Made by a program: the position numbers and the translations under genes
Origin: an uncultured Helicobacteraceae bacterium
Lineage (GTDB): Bacteria; Campylobacterota; Campylobacteria; Campylobacterales; Sulfurimonadaceae
Assembly (NCBI GenBank): GCA_963772795.1
Contig: CAVYYS010000007.1
Location: 953,350 to 1,017,349, forward strand
Direction: 5' to 3'
Length of the DNA: 64,000 bases
Shown: positions 10,013-23,208 of the stretch, piece after piece
Layout: every line of letters starts with the position of its first letter
Numbering within the stretch: the stretch's first letter is position 1
The notes under the pieces: model-generated
Seen by the model: only the letters and a program-made list of their open reading frames with translations
Databases searched by the model: none
Told to the model about the DNA's origin: nothing

Positions 10013-10126
10013 TTAATATAATATCCAATAGAGCAGTGCCCAGAAGAGAAAGACGACGAGGGCAATAACGCCGAATACGACGACGATGCGCAGAAAGAGG
10101 GTAAAAAAAACTTTCAGGAGTTTTAT
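10013..10126 (-). CDS. putative 37-aa hydrophobic membrane peptide (ATA start or readthrough)
   Basis: IKLLKVFFTLFLRIVVVFGVIALVVFLFWALLYWILY*, in frame directly after the rhodanese TAG, AAGGA 7 nt upstream. Confidence 0.45.
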   Translation of the reverse strand: MKLLKVFFTLFLRIVVVFGVIALVVFLFWALLYWILY

Positions 10127-10525
10127 CTATTTTTCCTTATAAGGCACGATCGGTACGTTTCGGTGTCTGGCATCGAGCATTCCGCCTCGGATGTCAATGA
10201 TCTTATAGCCGAGTTTATCTGAAAGGAACTTTCCTACAATACTCGAACGGCTACCGGTGCGACAGATCATGGCAAACTCTTTTTTTGTGTCAACCTTTGC
10301 ATTCAGTTCATTGAGAAACTTATTTATATCATATTGACCCTGCTCATTGTAAAACGTAATGGGGACAGCATCTTTGATGATGCCGGTCTCTTTCCATTCA
10401 CTTTTGGTGCGAATATCAACAATTGGCACTTTTTGTGCAAGCAGTTCCTGGGATATCGGCTCTGCAATATACTCGGCGTGAAGTAAAGCGGTAAAAAACA
10501 ACATAAAGACGATTAGGTATTTCAT
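10127..10525 (-). CDS. exported rhodanese-like domain protein
   Basis: Signal peptide, IVDIRTKSEW..TGII, active loop ICRTGSRS, GGM. Start at ATG 10525. Confidence 0.88.
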   Translation of the reverse strand: MKYLIVFMLFFTALLHAEYIAEPISQELLAQKVPIVDIRTKSEWKETGIIKDAVPITFYNEQGQYDINKFLNELNAKVDTKKEFAMICRTGSRSSIVGKFLSDKLGYKIIDIRGGMLDARHRNVPIVPYKEK

Positions 10526-10595
10526 TTTTTTCCTTGGTATTTCATTGCTATAATTGTACTCGCTAAATGTAAATTGACTATAAAGTATATAAATA

Positions 10596-10970
10596 ATGGC
10601 AAAAATTTCAACCAAACGCGACGAGAACACCAAACGGCTTCGCTACATACGTGTTCTTGAGCGCTTCACCCACAGTATCATCAACTATCTTTCCAAAGCA
10701 GAAGAGAGTTCCAAAGCGGTGTTTGATAAAAAGGTCGACAATAACAGACGCTATCTTGACCGCATCGAGAAAGCACCTCTTTACAAGGGGGAATTCAATG
10801 ATCTTGAAAAACTGGTTGAGAAAATATTAGCCTATCGCGACTCTGAAGACGATTTCAAAGATATAAAGCAGGATATCCTTTACACCGGAAATCAGATCGA
10901 AAAAAGCATGAACCAGCGTCAATACAGCAAAGACAAGCACGCCTCGTCAAAATTCAAAGATTGGGAATAG
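10596..10970 (+). CDS. hypothetical protein
   Basis: 124 aa ORF divergent from the rhodanese gene. Confidence 0.8.
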   Translation: MAKISTKRDENTKRLRYIRVLERFTHSIINYLSKAEESSKAVFDKKVDNNRRYLDRIEKAPLYKGEFNDLEKLVEKILAYRDSEDDFKDIKQDILYTGNQIEKSMNQRQYSKDKHASSKFKDWE

Positions 10971-11036
10971 CAAAGAGCAGCGGTTGCCCACTTTCAAGAA
11001 AAAAAGTTACAATGCTGTATTGATAAAAGGAAAAAT

Positions 11037-11924
11037 TTGAAATTTATAATATTAGATACTGAAACAACCGGAGTAGATGCGGAAGACCGTATTATCCAGT
11101 TAAGCTACCTGGTCACAGATGTTGATGGCAATATTCTCGAAATACATGACCAGTTCTGCAGTGCCCCGGTACCGATCAAGTTCGATTCAATGGCGATCCA
11201 CCATATCACGCCGGAGATGCTTGAAGGCAAACCTGCCTGCGTTGACACGGAGGCATTCAGACGGCTCAATGAGCTCAATACGCCCGAGAATGTACTTATC
11301 ATCCAGAATGCCGAGTTTGACGAGGCGATGCTGCAAAAAGAGGGTTTCACTTCCCAGATGAAGCTTGTTGACACCTACCGTATTTTGCGAAAGCTCTATC
11401 CGCTTGAGACCCCGCACGGTCTGCAGCATAAACGCTATGAACTCGGTCTCTATAAAAAAGAGCAGGCCCTTATCGATGAACTCGGCGTCACTGTGCGTGC
11501 GCATGACGCGCTGGGTGATGTCATTGTGTTGAAACTCTTCCTGGACCATCTTCTTCAGGAACAAGATCTACATGCGATGATGGAACTCTGCTCCGGCCCT
11601 ATTATGCTGGATATCATGACCTTCGGAAAACATAAGGGCAAGACCTTTGAAGAGATCGCGCTCAGCGACCGAAATTCCCTGCAGTATATGATCGATACCT
11701 TTGACCTTGACACCGATCTTCGCCACACGATGGAGACGATCATGCAGGAGACCAAGTCCCAGATCAAGGTCACCATCCCTTTTGCAAAATACCGCGGGCA
11801 GACGCCCGAAGAGGTAGCCCAGATCGATCCTGGCTTCCTGGTCTGGATCCGCGACAAGGCAGACCGTATCTCGCCTGATCTTAAAGAGGCCGTCGTAAAA
11901 GCCCTCGCTGAGATCGGCCGCTAA
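11037..11924 (+). CDS. DEDDh 3'-5' exonuclease (ExoX-like) with two C-terminal FGKHKG-type repeats
   Basis: ILDTETTG, AHDALGDV, MTFGKHKGK and IPFAKYRGQ; TTG start with AAGGA SD. Confidence 0.88.
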   Translation: MKFIILDTETTGVDAEDRIIQLSYLVTDVDGNILEIHDQFCSAPVPIKFDSMAIHHITPEMLEGKPACVDTEAFRRLNELNTPENVLIIQNAEFDEAMLQKEGFTSQMKLVDTYRILRKLYPLETPHGLQHKRYELGLYKKEQALIDELGVTVRAHDALGDVIVLKLFLDHLLQEQDLHAMMELCSGPIMLDIMTFGKHKGKTFEEIALSDRNSLQYMIDTFDLDTDLRHTMETIMQETKSQIKVTIPFAKYRGQTPEEVAQIDPGFLVWIRDKADRISPDLKEAVVKALAEIGR

Positions 11925-11933
11925 AAAGGTCTG

Positions 11934-12125
11934 ATGATGGGTGGCTGCGGTTATGTCCCGCCTGATGTCCGTCTGAAGCAGGAGATCATCGAGCTCGTTA
12001 TCGAGCTCGAAGCGATGGGCAAAGCGCCCGAGTTCTGCCGCCTTGTGCTCGAAGAGGACATCTTACACTTCTACAATCTGCAAAACAGTCAGAATGATGA
12101 AAAGCCTTCGTCCAAATCCTCATAG
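11934..12125 (+). CDS. small hypothetical protein
   Basis: 63 aa ORF following the exonuclease. Confidence 0.45.
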   Translation: MMGGCGYVPPDVRLKQEIIELVIELEAMGKAPEFCRLVLEEDILHFYNLQNSQNDEKPSSKSS

Positions 12126-12509
12126 GTCTTTATTAGCTATATCGCGCTCGTCAGGGTCGATAAACAGATCCCAAACGATCGAACAGCCGTACTCTCTGTC
12201 TAAAACCAGCCATTTGTAGTACTCTTTTTTTGCCTGTGAACTGTAGAGACGTACCATCACCTGCTCCTCTTTGAGCAGTGTCCGGATCTCTCTTTCGCCT
12301 ATCGCCTTTTTGTTCCAGCGCAGCAGCGAATTTTGGAAGATGCGAAAAGAGCAGGTGGAGTCAGGTGTCAGTTCCGCCATGTCGTGTTCATAGCTCCAAT
12401 GGGCATTTGAACAGGCATAGAGTTTTACCGGTTTGTTGTCTACGGTGATATTGCGCACTTCGATCTTGCCGTCGTCGCAAAAACGGCATTTTCCGAGCAT
12501 CTTGTTCAT
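12120..12509 (-). CDS. stand-alone topoisomerase C-terminal repeat/zinc-ribbon-like protein
   Basis: LGKCRFC...YACSN...CSFRIF...EREIRTLL pattern resembles TopB C-terminal repeats. Confidence 0.6.
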   Translation of the reverse strand: MNKMLGKCRFCDDGKIEVRNITVDNKPVKLYACSNAHWSYEHDMAELTPDSTCSFRIFQNSLLRWNKKAIGEREIRTLLKEEQVMVRLYSSQAKKEYYKWLVLDREYGCSIVWDLFIDPDERDIANKDL

Positions 12510-12658
12510 ACGGGAATTATAATAAAATTTTTATGTGAACGGGATATATATGACAGCGTGTATCTGTTTGTAAAATGAGTTGATAGAATGACGGAATTTG
12601 CACAAAAAGTGATCAAAAATGTATTGTTTTCGTAATTTATATCTGCTACTCTACAGCC

Positions 12659-13162
12659 ATGCGATTATTCATTCATCTCCTGTTTTGTATTGTTCTCTAT
12701 GATCACCTGCTTGCCGATGATGTTATTGGACATAAAAAAATGCCTTTGCAGCAGAGCCTTCCCATTGTCCAGACAATTGAAAACAGTGCCCTCCGTATGG
12801 GAACGGGTCCTGTGAAAGTGTATGCTTTTGTCGATCCGATGTGCCCGCATTCACGTAATTTCGTCGAGATGATTGCAGAAAGTGAAAAGATGCGTGCGGG
12901 CTACAGCTACTATTTTTATCTCTATAGTCTGCCGCGAATGCATTCCGAAGCCATGGTTACTACAATATACGATAATGCTAACCCGGTGGAACTGATGTTG
13001 GACGTGATGGTCCGGCACAAAAAGGTTCAAGTGCAAAAAACTGCGGCAAAATCGGTCTTTCAAAAAATAGAAGCGATTGCGTCCGTGGCAGAGAAACTGG
13101 ATGTCTATAAACGACCCTATATCATTATGGTCAAAAAGCCTAAGAAAATGAGAGGCCAATAA
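12659..13162 (+). CDS. exported thioredoxin-fold protein (DsbC/DsbG-like, CxxS)
   Basis: Signal peptide, VYAFVDPMCPHS, C-terminal KRPYII cis-Pro-like loop. Confidence 0.75.
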   Translation: MRLFIHLLFCIVLYDHLLADDVIGHKKMPLQQSLPIVQTIENSALRMGTGPVKVYAFVDPMCPHSRNFVEMIAESEKMRAGYSYYFYLYSLPRMHSEAMVTTIYDNANPVELMLDVMVRHKKVQVQKTAAKSVFQKIEAIASVAEKLDVYKRPYIIMVKKPKKMRGQ

Positions 13163-13165
13163 CCT

Positions 13166-15250
13166 ATGTATTACAATACGCCAAACGTCACGTCCTATAT
13201 TCATAAGATCCAAAAACACCGATTGAAAATCATTTTCGGCTATCTTTTTATTGCCGTGGTCTCTCTCTTCCTTTATCGACCGGAGTTTATTGCATCAGAC
13301 GCGTTTTTTTGGCTGAGTGAATCAAAAGAGGTCGCGCGCACAAAAACGCAATCGTATGAAACGGACTATATCGGACGCCTGGAGATCAGTATCGGTGCTT
13401 TTAACGAAGCTACAAAAGAGAAACTCAAAAGGTTGCAAGGCAGTTTAGAACGGGTGTCGGGTGTCCGGCATGTTGATTCTCTGTTCACCTCCTATCATAT
13501 CTATAACGACAATGACGGAAATGACTCTTCCCTGGTCAGCGCGACACCGCTTGAAAAAATGGATGCTGAATCATTGGAAGCCTTTGTTAAGCGATACCAC
13601 GCCCCTTATGCGAATTTTGTCAATAAAGATTTCTCAAAAATTTCCTATTTTATCTATTCCGGCGAGCCTCTGAAATTAGACCGTTTGGATATTCCGTTCT
13701 CCTATACCTTTTCAGCCCCTAATATTGAAGCGAATTTGGGTGATTATCTCTTTTATGCACTGGCCGTGATCTTTTCCATCTTGCTCTTCTTCCGATTGCT
13801 CTTTCACAACTACATTTCGGCATTTGCCGGCATTCTGGTTATCAGCTTGACGCTTATTGCTACCTTCACGTTCAGTTACCTGATCACAGGGAACAGACAG
13901 GTCCATATCGCGATGAGCCTGATCGTCGTAAGTATTGCACTTGTGGATTATCTCTATTTCTATTACAGATGGCATGTCTCGCAATACAAGGCCGATATGC
14001 CGCGGGCCATGTTAAAGACGATCAATCGCAATCTAAGCCCTGCATTTTGGACCTCGTTGATCACGGTTATCGGTCTGGGCCCCCTTTTATTGATTGATTC
14101 GATCATTGTGCAGCAGCTTAGTCTGAGCGTCATACTTGCATCGGTTTTTGCCTACATCCTAAATCTGACGCTGTTGCCGGCACTGCTGAGCTTTTTCAGC
14201 GTCAGGCACCCGAGAGTGGAATTTGCCCGCTACTGCTACCTGTTTGCCAATGGTGAGATCCATTACAATAAGAACTATCTTAAGTTTTTTCTTGGGGTAT
14301 CGACAATTATCATGTTTATCGGCGCCTATCAGCTCTTTTTTGGACAAGAACGCCTCTTTGCCGATAATGTAGATAAAGATGTCATCAGCATTATGGTTCC
14401 CTACGATGAGATCGACGTGGAGCTGATGAAGAAGATCGACCGTTTTGAACAACAATTGAAAAAAGAGAATCAGGGTGTAAAAGAGGTCTACTCTGTACTG
14501 ACTGTGATGAAGCTGCTGAATGATGCCAACAGCAATCAGAAAATTTTCAGCGAGCAAAATCTGCTGCAGTCGCGCTTTTTCCTGGAACTGTATGACCTCG
14601 AGGACAATCTTTTTAGTGATGATGCGTTGAACATTCGAATAACCCTGGAAAATGTTGATAAAAACAGAATCGTCCGCTGGCTTCAGAACTACCGGAAACT
14701 TCCGATCTATTTTACGGACATTGACACGCTTTTAAGCAGTGCGAAGATCGGCAAGATGAGCGTACTCGGTTTTTCACTGGGCAGTGCACTGCTTATCATC
14801 GGACTGATCATGGGCTGGATCTTTAGAAGCAAAGAGATGGTCTTTGTCGGTTTTATCACCAATGCTATTCCGATTATATGGTTCGGCCTCTTTTTGAATC
14901 TCTTTAATATTCCTCTGAGCCTTGAAGTCTTGATCGCTATGACGATTACGGTCGGCCTTGCTTCTGATGCCACCGTCCATTTTGCCTACAAATATTATCG
15001 AAGCCGTTTTTTTGGACGCACACAAAAACACGCTTTGGAGGTGATGTTCTTTTATGCAGGCGTCCCTGTTATTATTGGCGGCCTCTCCCTTGTAACAGTT
15101 TTTGCCCTTTTGACGTTGACAGATCTACATTCGCTGGAACTTATCGGGGGGTATGGTTCGCTTTTGATGATACTCTCCCTGGCAACGGATCTTTTGATTT
15201 TGCCTGTATTGCTTTTGGCAATAGACCGTTTTCATAAGGCAGATAACTGA
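13166..15250 (+). CDS. MMPL/RND superfamily transporter
   Basis: Two repeats of periplasmic loop plus TM bundle; TITVGLASDATVHF, TSLITVIG, LTLLPALL and LLILPVLL motifs. Confidence 0.85.
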   Translation: MYYNTPNVTSYIHKIQKHRLKIIFGYLFIAVVSLFLYRPEFIASDAFFWLSESKEVARTKTQSYETDYIGRLEISIGAFNEATKEKLKRLQGSLERVSGVRHVDSLFTSYHIYNDNDGNDSSLVSATPLEKMDAESLEAFVKRYHAPYANFVNKDFSKISYFIYSGEPLKLDRLDIPFSYTFSAPNIEANLGDYLFYALAVIFSILLFFRLLFHNYISAFAGILVISLTLIATFTFSYLITGNRQVHIAMSLIVVSIALVDYLYFYYRWHVSQYKADMPRAMLKTINRNLSPAFWTSLITVIGLGPLLLIDSIIVQQLSLSVILASVFAYILNLTLLPALLSFFSVRHPRVEFARYCYLFANGEIHYNKNYLKFFLGVSTIIMFIGAYQLFFGQERLFADNVDKDVISIMVPYDEIDVELMKKIDRFEQQLKKENQGVKEVYSVLTVMKLLNDANSNQKIFSEQNLLQSRFFLELYDLEDNLFSDDALNIRITLENVDKNRIVRWLQNYRKLPIYFTDIDTLLSSAKIGKMSVLGFSLGSALLIIGLIMGWIFRSKEMVFVGFITNAIPIIWFGLFLNLFNIPLSLEVLIAMTITVGLASDATVHFAYKYYRSRFFGRTQKHALEVMFFYAGVPVIIGGLSLVTVFALLTLTDLHSLELIGGYGSLLMILSLATDLLILPVLLLAIDRFHKADN

Positions 15251-15306
15251 AAATAGTACTAAAAACTACAAATTTCAAGAAATTTCGCAATTCGCCGAAA
15301 AAGCAC

Positions 15307-15335
15307 TTGACAATGGGTTCTGATTTCTCTATAAT
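15307..15335 (+). promoter_or_regulatory. sigma70 promoter of rrn operon
   Basis: TTGACA-17 bp-TATAAT consensus. Confidence 0.9.
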
Positions 15336-15610
15336 TCCCGTCCACAAACGATGAGTCGCTTGAAAAAGAGACGAAGAAGACTTCATGTTGAAGCTTTAAA
15401 GAACGTTTGAGATCATTGAAAACTAAGTAAGTTTGACACTGACCTTTAGGGGTTGGAAGTTAACTTTATAAGACACAAAAACAACCGTCTATTCATTTGT
15501 AGCTTTTAAGTTATGATTGAAATAGACACTATATTTTTTATAGCCAATGATTTTAAATCTTGGGCAATAGGAATCAGTAATCCATCGAAAGATGGTCTTT
15601 ACATAATACA

Positions 15611-17117
<1,507 letters not shown>

Positions 17118-17238
17118 CTAGAGTAACGAGTCCTCATTCGATTGAAGGACTCAAGAGAAAATCTCACGTCTTATGAAGATAATGTGTCTGCTTACTTAGT
17201 TTTCAGTGATCTATGTTATTTGAATAAATTACTTATCT

Positions 17239-17314
17239 GGGGAATTAGCTCAGCTGGGAGAGCGCCTGCCTTGCACGCAGGAGGTCAGCGGTTCGATCCC
17301 GCTATTCTCCACCA
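17239..17314 (+). tRNA. tRNA-Ala(TGC)
   Basis: GGGGAATTAGCTCAG...TTGCAC...GGTTCGATCCC...CCA, 76 nt. Confidence 0.97.
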
Positions 17315-17404
17315 TTTTTGGCTATTTGCACTTAAGCAAAAGACTCATGTACGAAAGTACACTTTGCCTTTTCCTTAAGCACAACTAGCTCAAAAACCCT
17401 AAAA

Positions 17405-17481
17405 GGGCCTATAGCTCAGCTGGTTAGAGTGCACCCCTGATAAGGGTGAGGTCGGAGGTTCAAGTCCTCCTAGGCCCACCA
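17405..17481 (+). tRNA. tRNA-Ile(GAT)
   Basis: GGGCCTATAGCTCAG...CTGATAA...GGTTCAAGTCC...CCA, 77 nt. Confidence 0.97.
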
Positions 17482-17654
17482 TCAGATAAAAAGTTTAATT
17501 TTAGTTCTCAGGAGAGAGTTAAAATTAGACTTTTAAAGTCTAAAAGTTATTTAACTTATTATTGTCAAAGTCAACAAAATTAATAGTAACTACAATTAAT
17601 AGATTTGCTGTTTTATTCGACTATATGTTGAATAAGGTAGTGAATACGCAAATT

Positions 17655-20570
<2,916 letters not shown>

Positions 20571-20730
20571 TTTCAAGATTGCGTATGTTCACTACCTTAT
20601 TCAGTATATACCGAATAAAACAGAGATCTATCGATTGATCGTTACTATTACCGTTGACTGACAATAATTAATCACTCCCTTATATCCAGCAGTTGGATCT
20701 AAGCACTTCTCGAAGTCTTTAGATCCGATT

Positions 20731-20848
20731 GTCTAGGTGGCTATAGAGAGAGGGAAACGCCTGGCTCCATTCCGAACCCAGAAGCTAAGCCTCTCATCGC
20801 TGATAATACTGCATCTTTCAGGTGTGGAAACGTAGGTCGCCGCCTAGT
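20731..20848 (+). rRNA. rrf: 5S rRNA
   Basis: CTAGGTGGC...CCATTCCGAACCCAGAAGCTAAG...GCCGCCTAG. Confidence 0.96.
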
Positions 20849-20908
20849 TCTCGGATTTACTTCAATTTTTAAACTTCAATCACATTCACAATTATCATAA
20901 ACTTTTAC

Positions 20909-21204
20909 AACATACATTCCGGCGGCATTGTAGCTTCGCTTCTAGTTATCTCTATTTTACTCACTAAAATTATGCTCCCAGCATAATTTCTTCACGTGAG
21001 ATATCCTAGTTCTCGGATAATCCAATCACTTCTAATACTTCTTTAACATCAAACAATCAGAAACTCTTAACAATCATTTCTTTTATAACATACATTCCGG
21101 CGGCATCATATTGCTTCGTTCTCTATTGATACCTACTTTACTCATAACAGATCATCCTTTGGGATAATGGCTTATGAGATATCATGGTTCTCGGGTTTAC
21201 TTCA
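20909..21204 (+). repeat. two tandem structured ~110-nt repeats downstream of 5S
   Basis: AACATACATTCCGGCGGCAT identical at 20909 and 21087; both units end TGAGATATC-NTRGTTCTCGG. Confidence 0.75.
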
Positions 21205-21335
21205 CTTCAAATCATTTATAAACTAAGCCTGTCTCTACAGATCTTTAAAAGCTGATCGCATACATCTGCAGTTATCCTTATATCGAGTAGAATAGTACAC
21301 ACAGTACAAGTCAACTGGCCTGTATAGGAAATAAA

Positions 21336-21974
21336 ATGGTTACTCGTAAGAATGAGGCTGTTATTCTGCTTCACGGTCTGGGACTGCATTCACTGTTTAT
21401 GAAAAAGATTGAATACTTTTTACACAAGGCAGGGTATGATGTCTATAATATCGATTATCCATCCCGTAAGTACGCCATAGATTTCTTAACGGAATATCTG
21501 TATACAAAACTCAAGCAAAAGCCGCTGGATGTTTACAAAAGCGTGCATTTTATCGGTCATTCGCTCGGTGGGATTTTGATCCGTAATCTGCTCTCAAAAC
21601 ATCGCTTCATCAATCGGGGCAAGGTGATCGCGCTTGCCCCTCCGAACAGAGGCTCAATCCTGGTGGATAGACTCAGGCACTATCGATTAATCATTTGGTA
21701 TTTTGGCCCTTCAGCTACACAGTTAGGCAGTGACTCTCGCTTCTTGGAACAGCTTCAATATATTCCTGACGAGTATTATGTTATAGCAGGTAATCGATCT
21801 GATTGTACCTTTTTCGGAAGTTGGTTTGATGAGCCGAATGATGGTGCGGTCAGTTTGGAGAATACAATGGCAGTAGGTATGGAGAGAAGTCACCAGAGTA
21901 TCTTTGGGGTGACACATTTTACGATCATGTATAATAAAAAAGTTATTGATAAGATTTTGGAAGTTTTGAAATAG
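21336..21974 (+). CDS. alpha/beta hydrolase (lipase/esterase-like)
   Basis: LLHGL oxyanion motif, FIGHSLGG nucleophile elbow, NDGAV, C-terminal H. Confidence 0.88.
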   Translation: MVTRKNEAVILLHGLGLHSLFMKKIEYFLHKAGYDVYNIDYPSRKYAIDFLTEYLYTKLKQKPLDVYKSVHFIGHSLGGILIRNLLSKHRFINRGKVIALAPPNRGSILVDRLRHYRLIIWYFGPSATQLGSDSRFLEQLQYIPDEYYVIAGNRSDCTFFGSWFDEPNDGAVSLENTMAVGMERSHQSIFGVTHFTIMYNKKVIDKILEVLK

Positions 21975-21986
21975 ATTTTGTGGGAG

Positions 21987-22061
21987 TGGTGACTCCAAGG
22001 GGATTTGAACCCCTATGGCAAGGATGAAAACCTTGAATCCTAACCATTAGATGATGGAGCC
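21987..22061 (-). tRNA. tRNA-Glu(TTC)
   Basis: Reverse complement GGCTCCATCATCTAATGG...TTTTCAT...GGTTCAAATCCC...CCA. Confidence 0.95.
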
Positions 22062-22066
22062 ACAAG

Positions 22067-22142
22067 TGGTGTCCCGTGATGGACTCGAACCATCGGCATC
22101 CTCATTAAAAGTGAGATGCTCTACCAACTGAGCTAACGGGAC
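22067..22142 (-). tRNA. tRNA-Lys(TTT)
   Basis: Reverse complement GTCCCGTTAGCTCAG...CTTTTAA...GGTTCGAGTCC...CCA. Confidence 0.95.
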
Positions 22143-22179
22143 ATTTACAAACTTTGAAACTCAACGTTTGTGGACGGGA

Positions 22180-22208
22180 ATTATAGGGAAAACTAACTTG
22201 AATGTCAA
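22180..22208 (-). promoter_or_regulatory. sigma70 promoter of tRNA-Lys-Glu operon
   Basis: TTGACA-17 bp-TATAAT on the minus strand. Confidence 0.88.
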
Positions 22209-22311
22209 TACTTTTTCGGAAAAAGTGACAAATTCTTACAATTTTAAAAAGTACGGTTAAATATTGGCTTTTCTCACAATTTCTGTACGCTATCTGCGCT
22301 AAAATCTCTTT

Positions 22312-23208
22312 ATGACATTTGAGTACGCTTACCTCTTTTTACTGCTATTGCCGCTGCTATATTGTCTTTACCGTTGTAAAGAGAAATTAGTGCAGGGTTA
22401 TTTTGTCCACCTGGCTCTTTTTACGACCCACACCAAGTGGTTTCGCTGGGAGTGGCTGATCAAAATAGCAGCGGTTACGCTCCTGGTATCAGCCGTTGCA
22501 TCACCTGTTGTGATCGACAAAACCGATCCGCTCAACCGTAAGGGTATCGACATTGTTTTAAGTCTTGACGGAAGCGGTTCGATGAATGCTTCCGGCTTCG
22601 AGGAAGGATCCCGAGAGAGCCGTTTCGAGATCACAAAAAAGATCGCGCAGGACTTTGTGCTGAAGCGCTACGAAGATAATGTCGGTGTGGTACTGTTTGG
22701 GGATTTTGCCTTTGTCGCATCGCCGGTAACGTATGAAAAAGAGATTGTCGCCGAGATGATCGGCTATCTCGCGCAAGGGATGGCCGGACAAAATACGGCT
22801 ATCGGTGAGGGAATTGCCATGGGGCTTCGTGCTCTGAAAGACTCCAAAGCAAAAAGCAGGATTATAATTTTGTTGACGGACGGTGAACACAACAGCGGCA
22901 CTGTCTCCCCAAAAGAGGCGACAGAGATGGCAAAAGAACAAGGCGTAAAGATCTATACGATAGGGATCGGCAATAAAGGGGAGTTCGACAAGGCTCTTTT
23001 GGAGAAGATCGCAAAAGAGAGCAATGGCCGTTTTTTTGCGGCCTATAACAAAGAGGAGTTGCAAAAAGCCTACGACGAGATAGATGCGTTGGAGCAGTCG
23101 CACATTAAAAGCCGGGCGTATCAGATTAAAGTCTACTATTTTCAATGGCCTTTGACAGTGGCGCTGCTGTTGATGCTCTTTTTACTCTGGAAAAGGAGCC
23201 GCGTATGA
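22312..23208 (+). CDS. BatA-like vWA domain protein (copy 1)
   Basis: MIDAS DGSGSM, TAIG, LLTDG, KIYTIGIG; N- and C-terminal TM segments. Confidence 0.9.
   Translation: MTFEYAYLFLLLLPLLYCLYRCKEKLVQGYFVHLALFTTHTKWFRWEWLIKIAAVTLLVSAVASPVVIDKTDPLNRKGIDIVLSLDGSGSMNASGFEEGSRESRFEITKKIAQDFVLKRYEDNVGVVLFGDFAFVASPVTYEKEIVAEMIGYLAQGMAGQNTAIGEGIAMGLRALKDSKAKSRIIILLTDGEHNSGTVSPKEATEMAKEQGVKIYTIGIGNKGEFDKALLEKIAKESNGRFFAAYNKEELQKAYDEIDALEQSHIKSRAYQIKVYYFQWPLTVALLLMLFLLWKRSRV

Noticed and set aside
17239-17481. tRNA-Ala before tRNA-Ile in the ITS
   Set aside because: This order is the usual one in Campylobacter-type rrn operons, so it is not novel.
20909-21204. Possible extra 5S genes, tRNAs or CRISPR repeats after 5S
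   Set aside because: Units lack the 5S CCGAAC loop and tRNA T-arm/CCA, and only two identical 20-mers exist. Reported as unassigned structured repeats.
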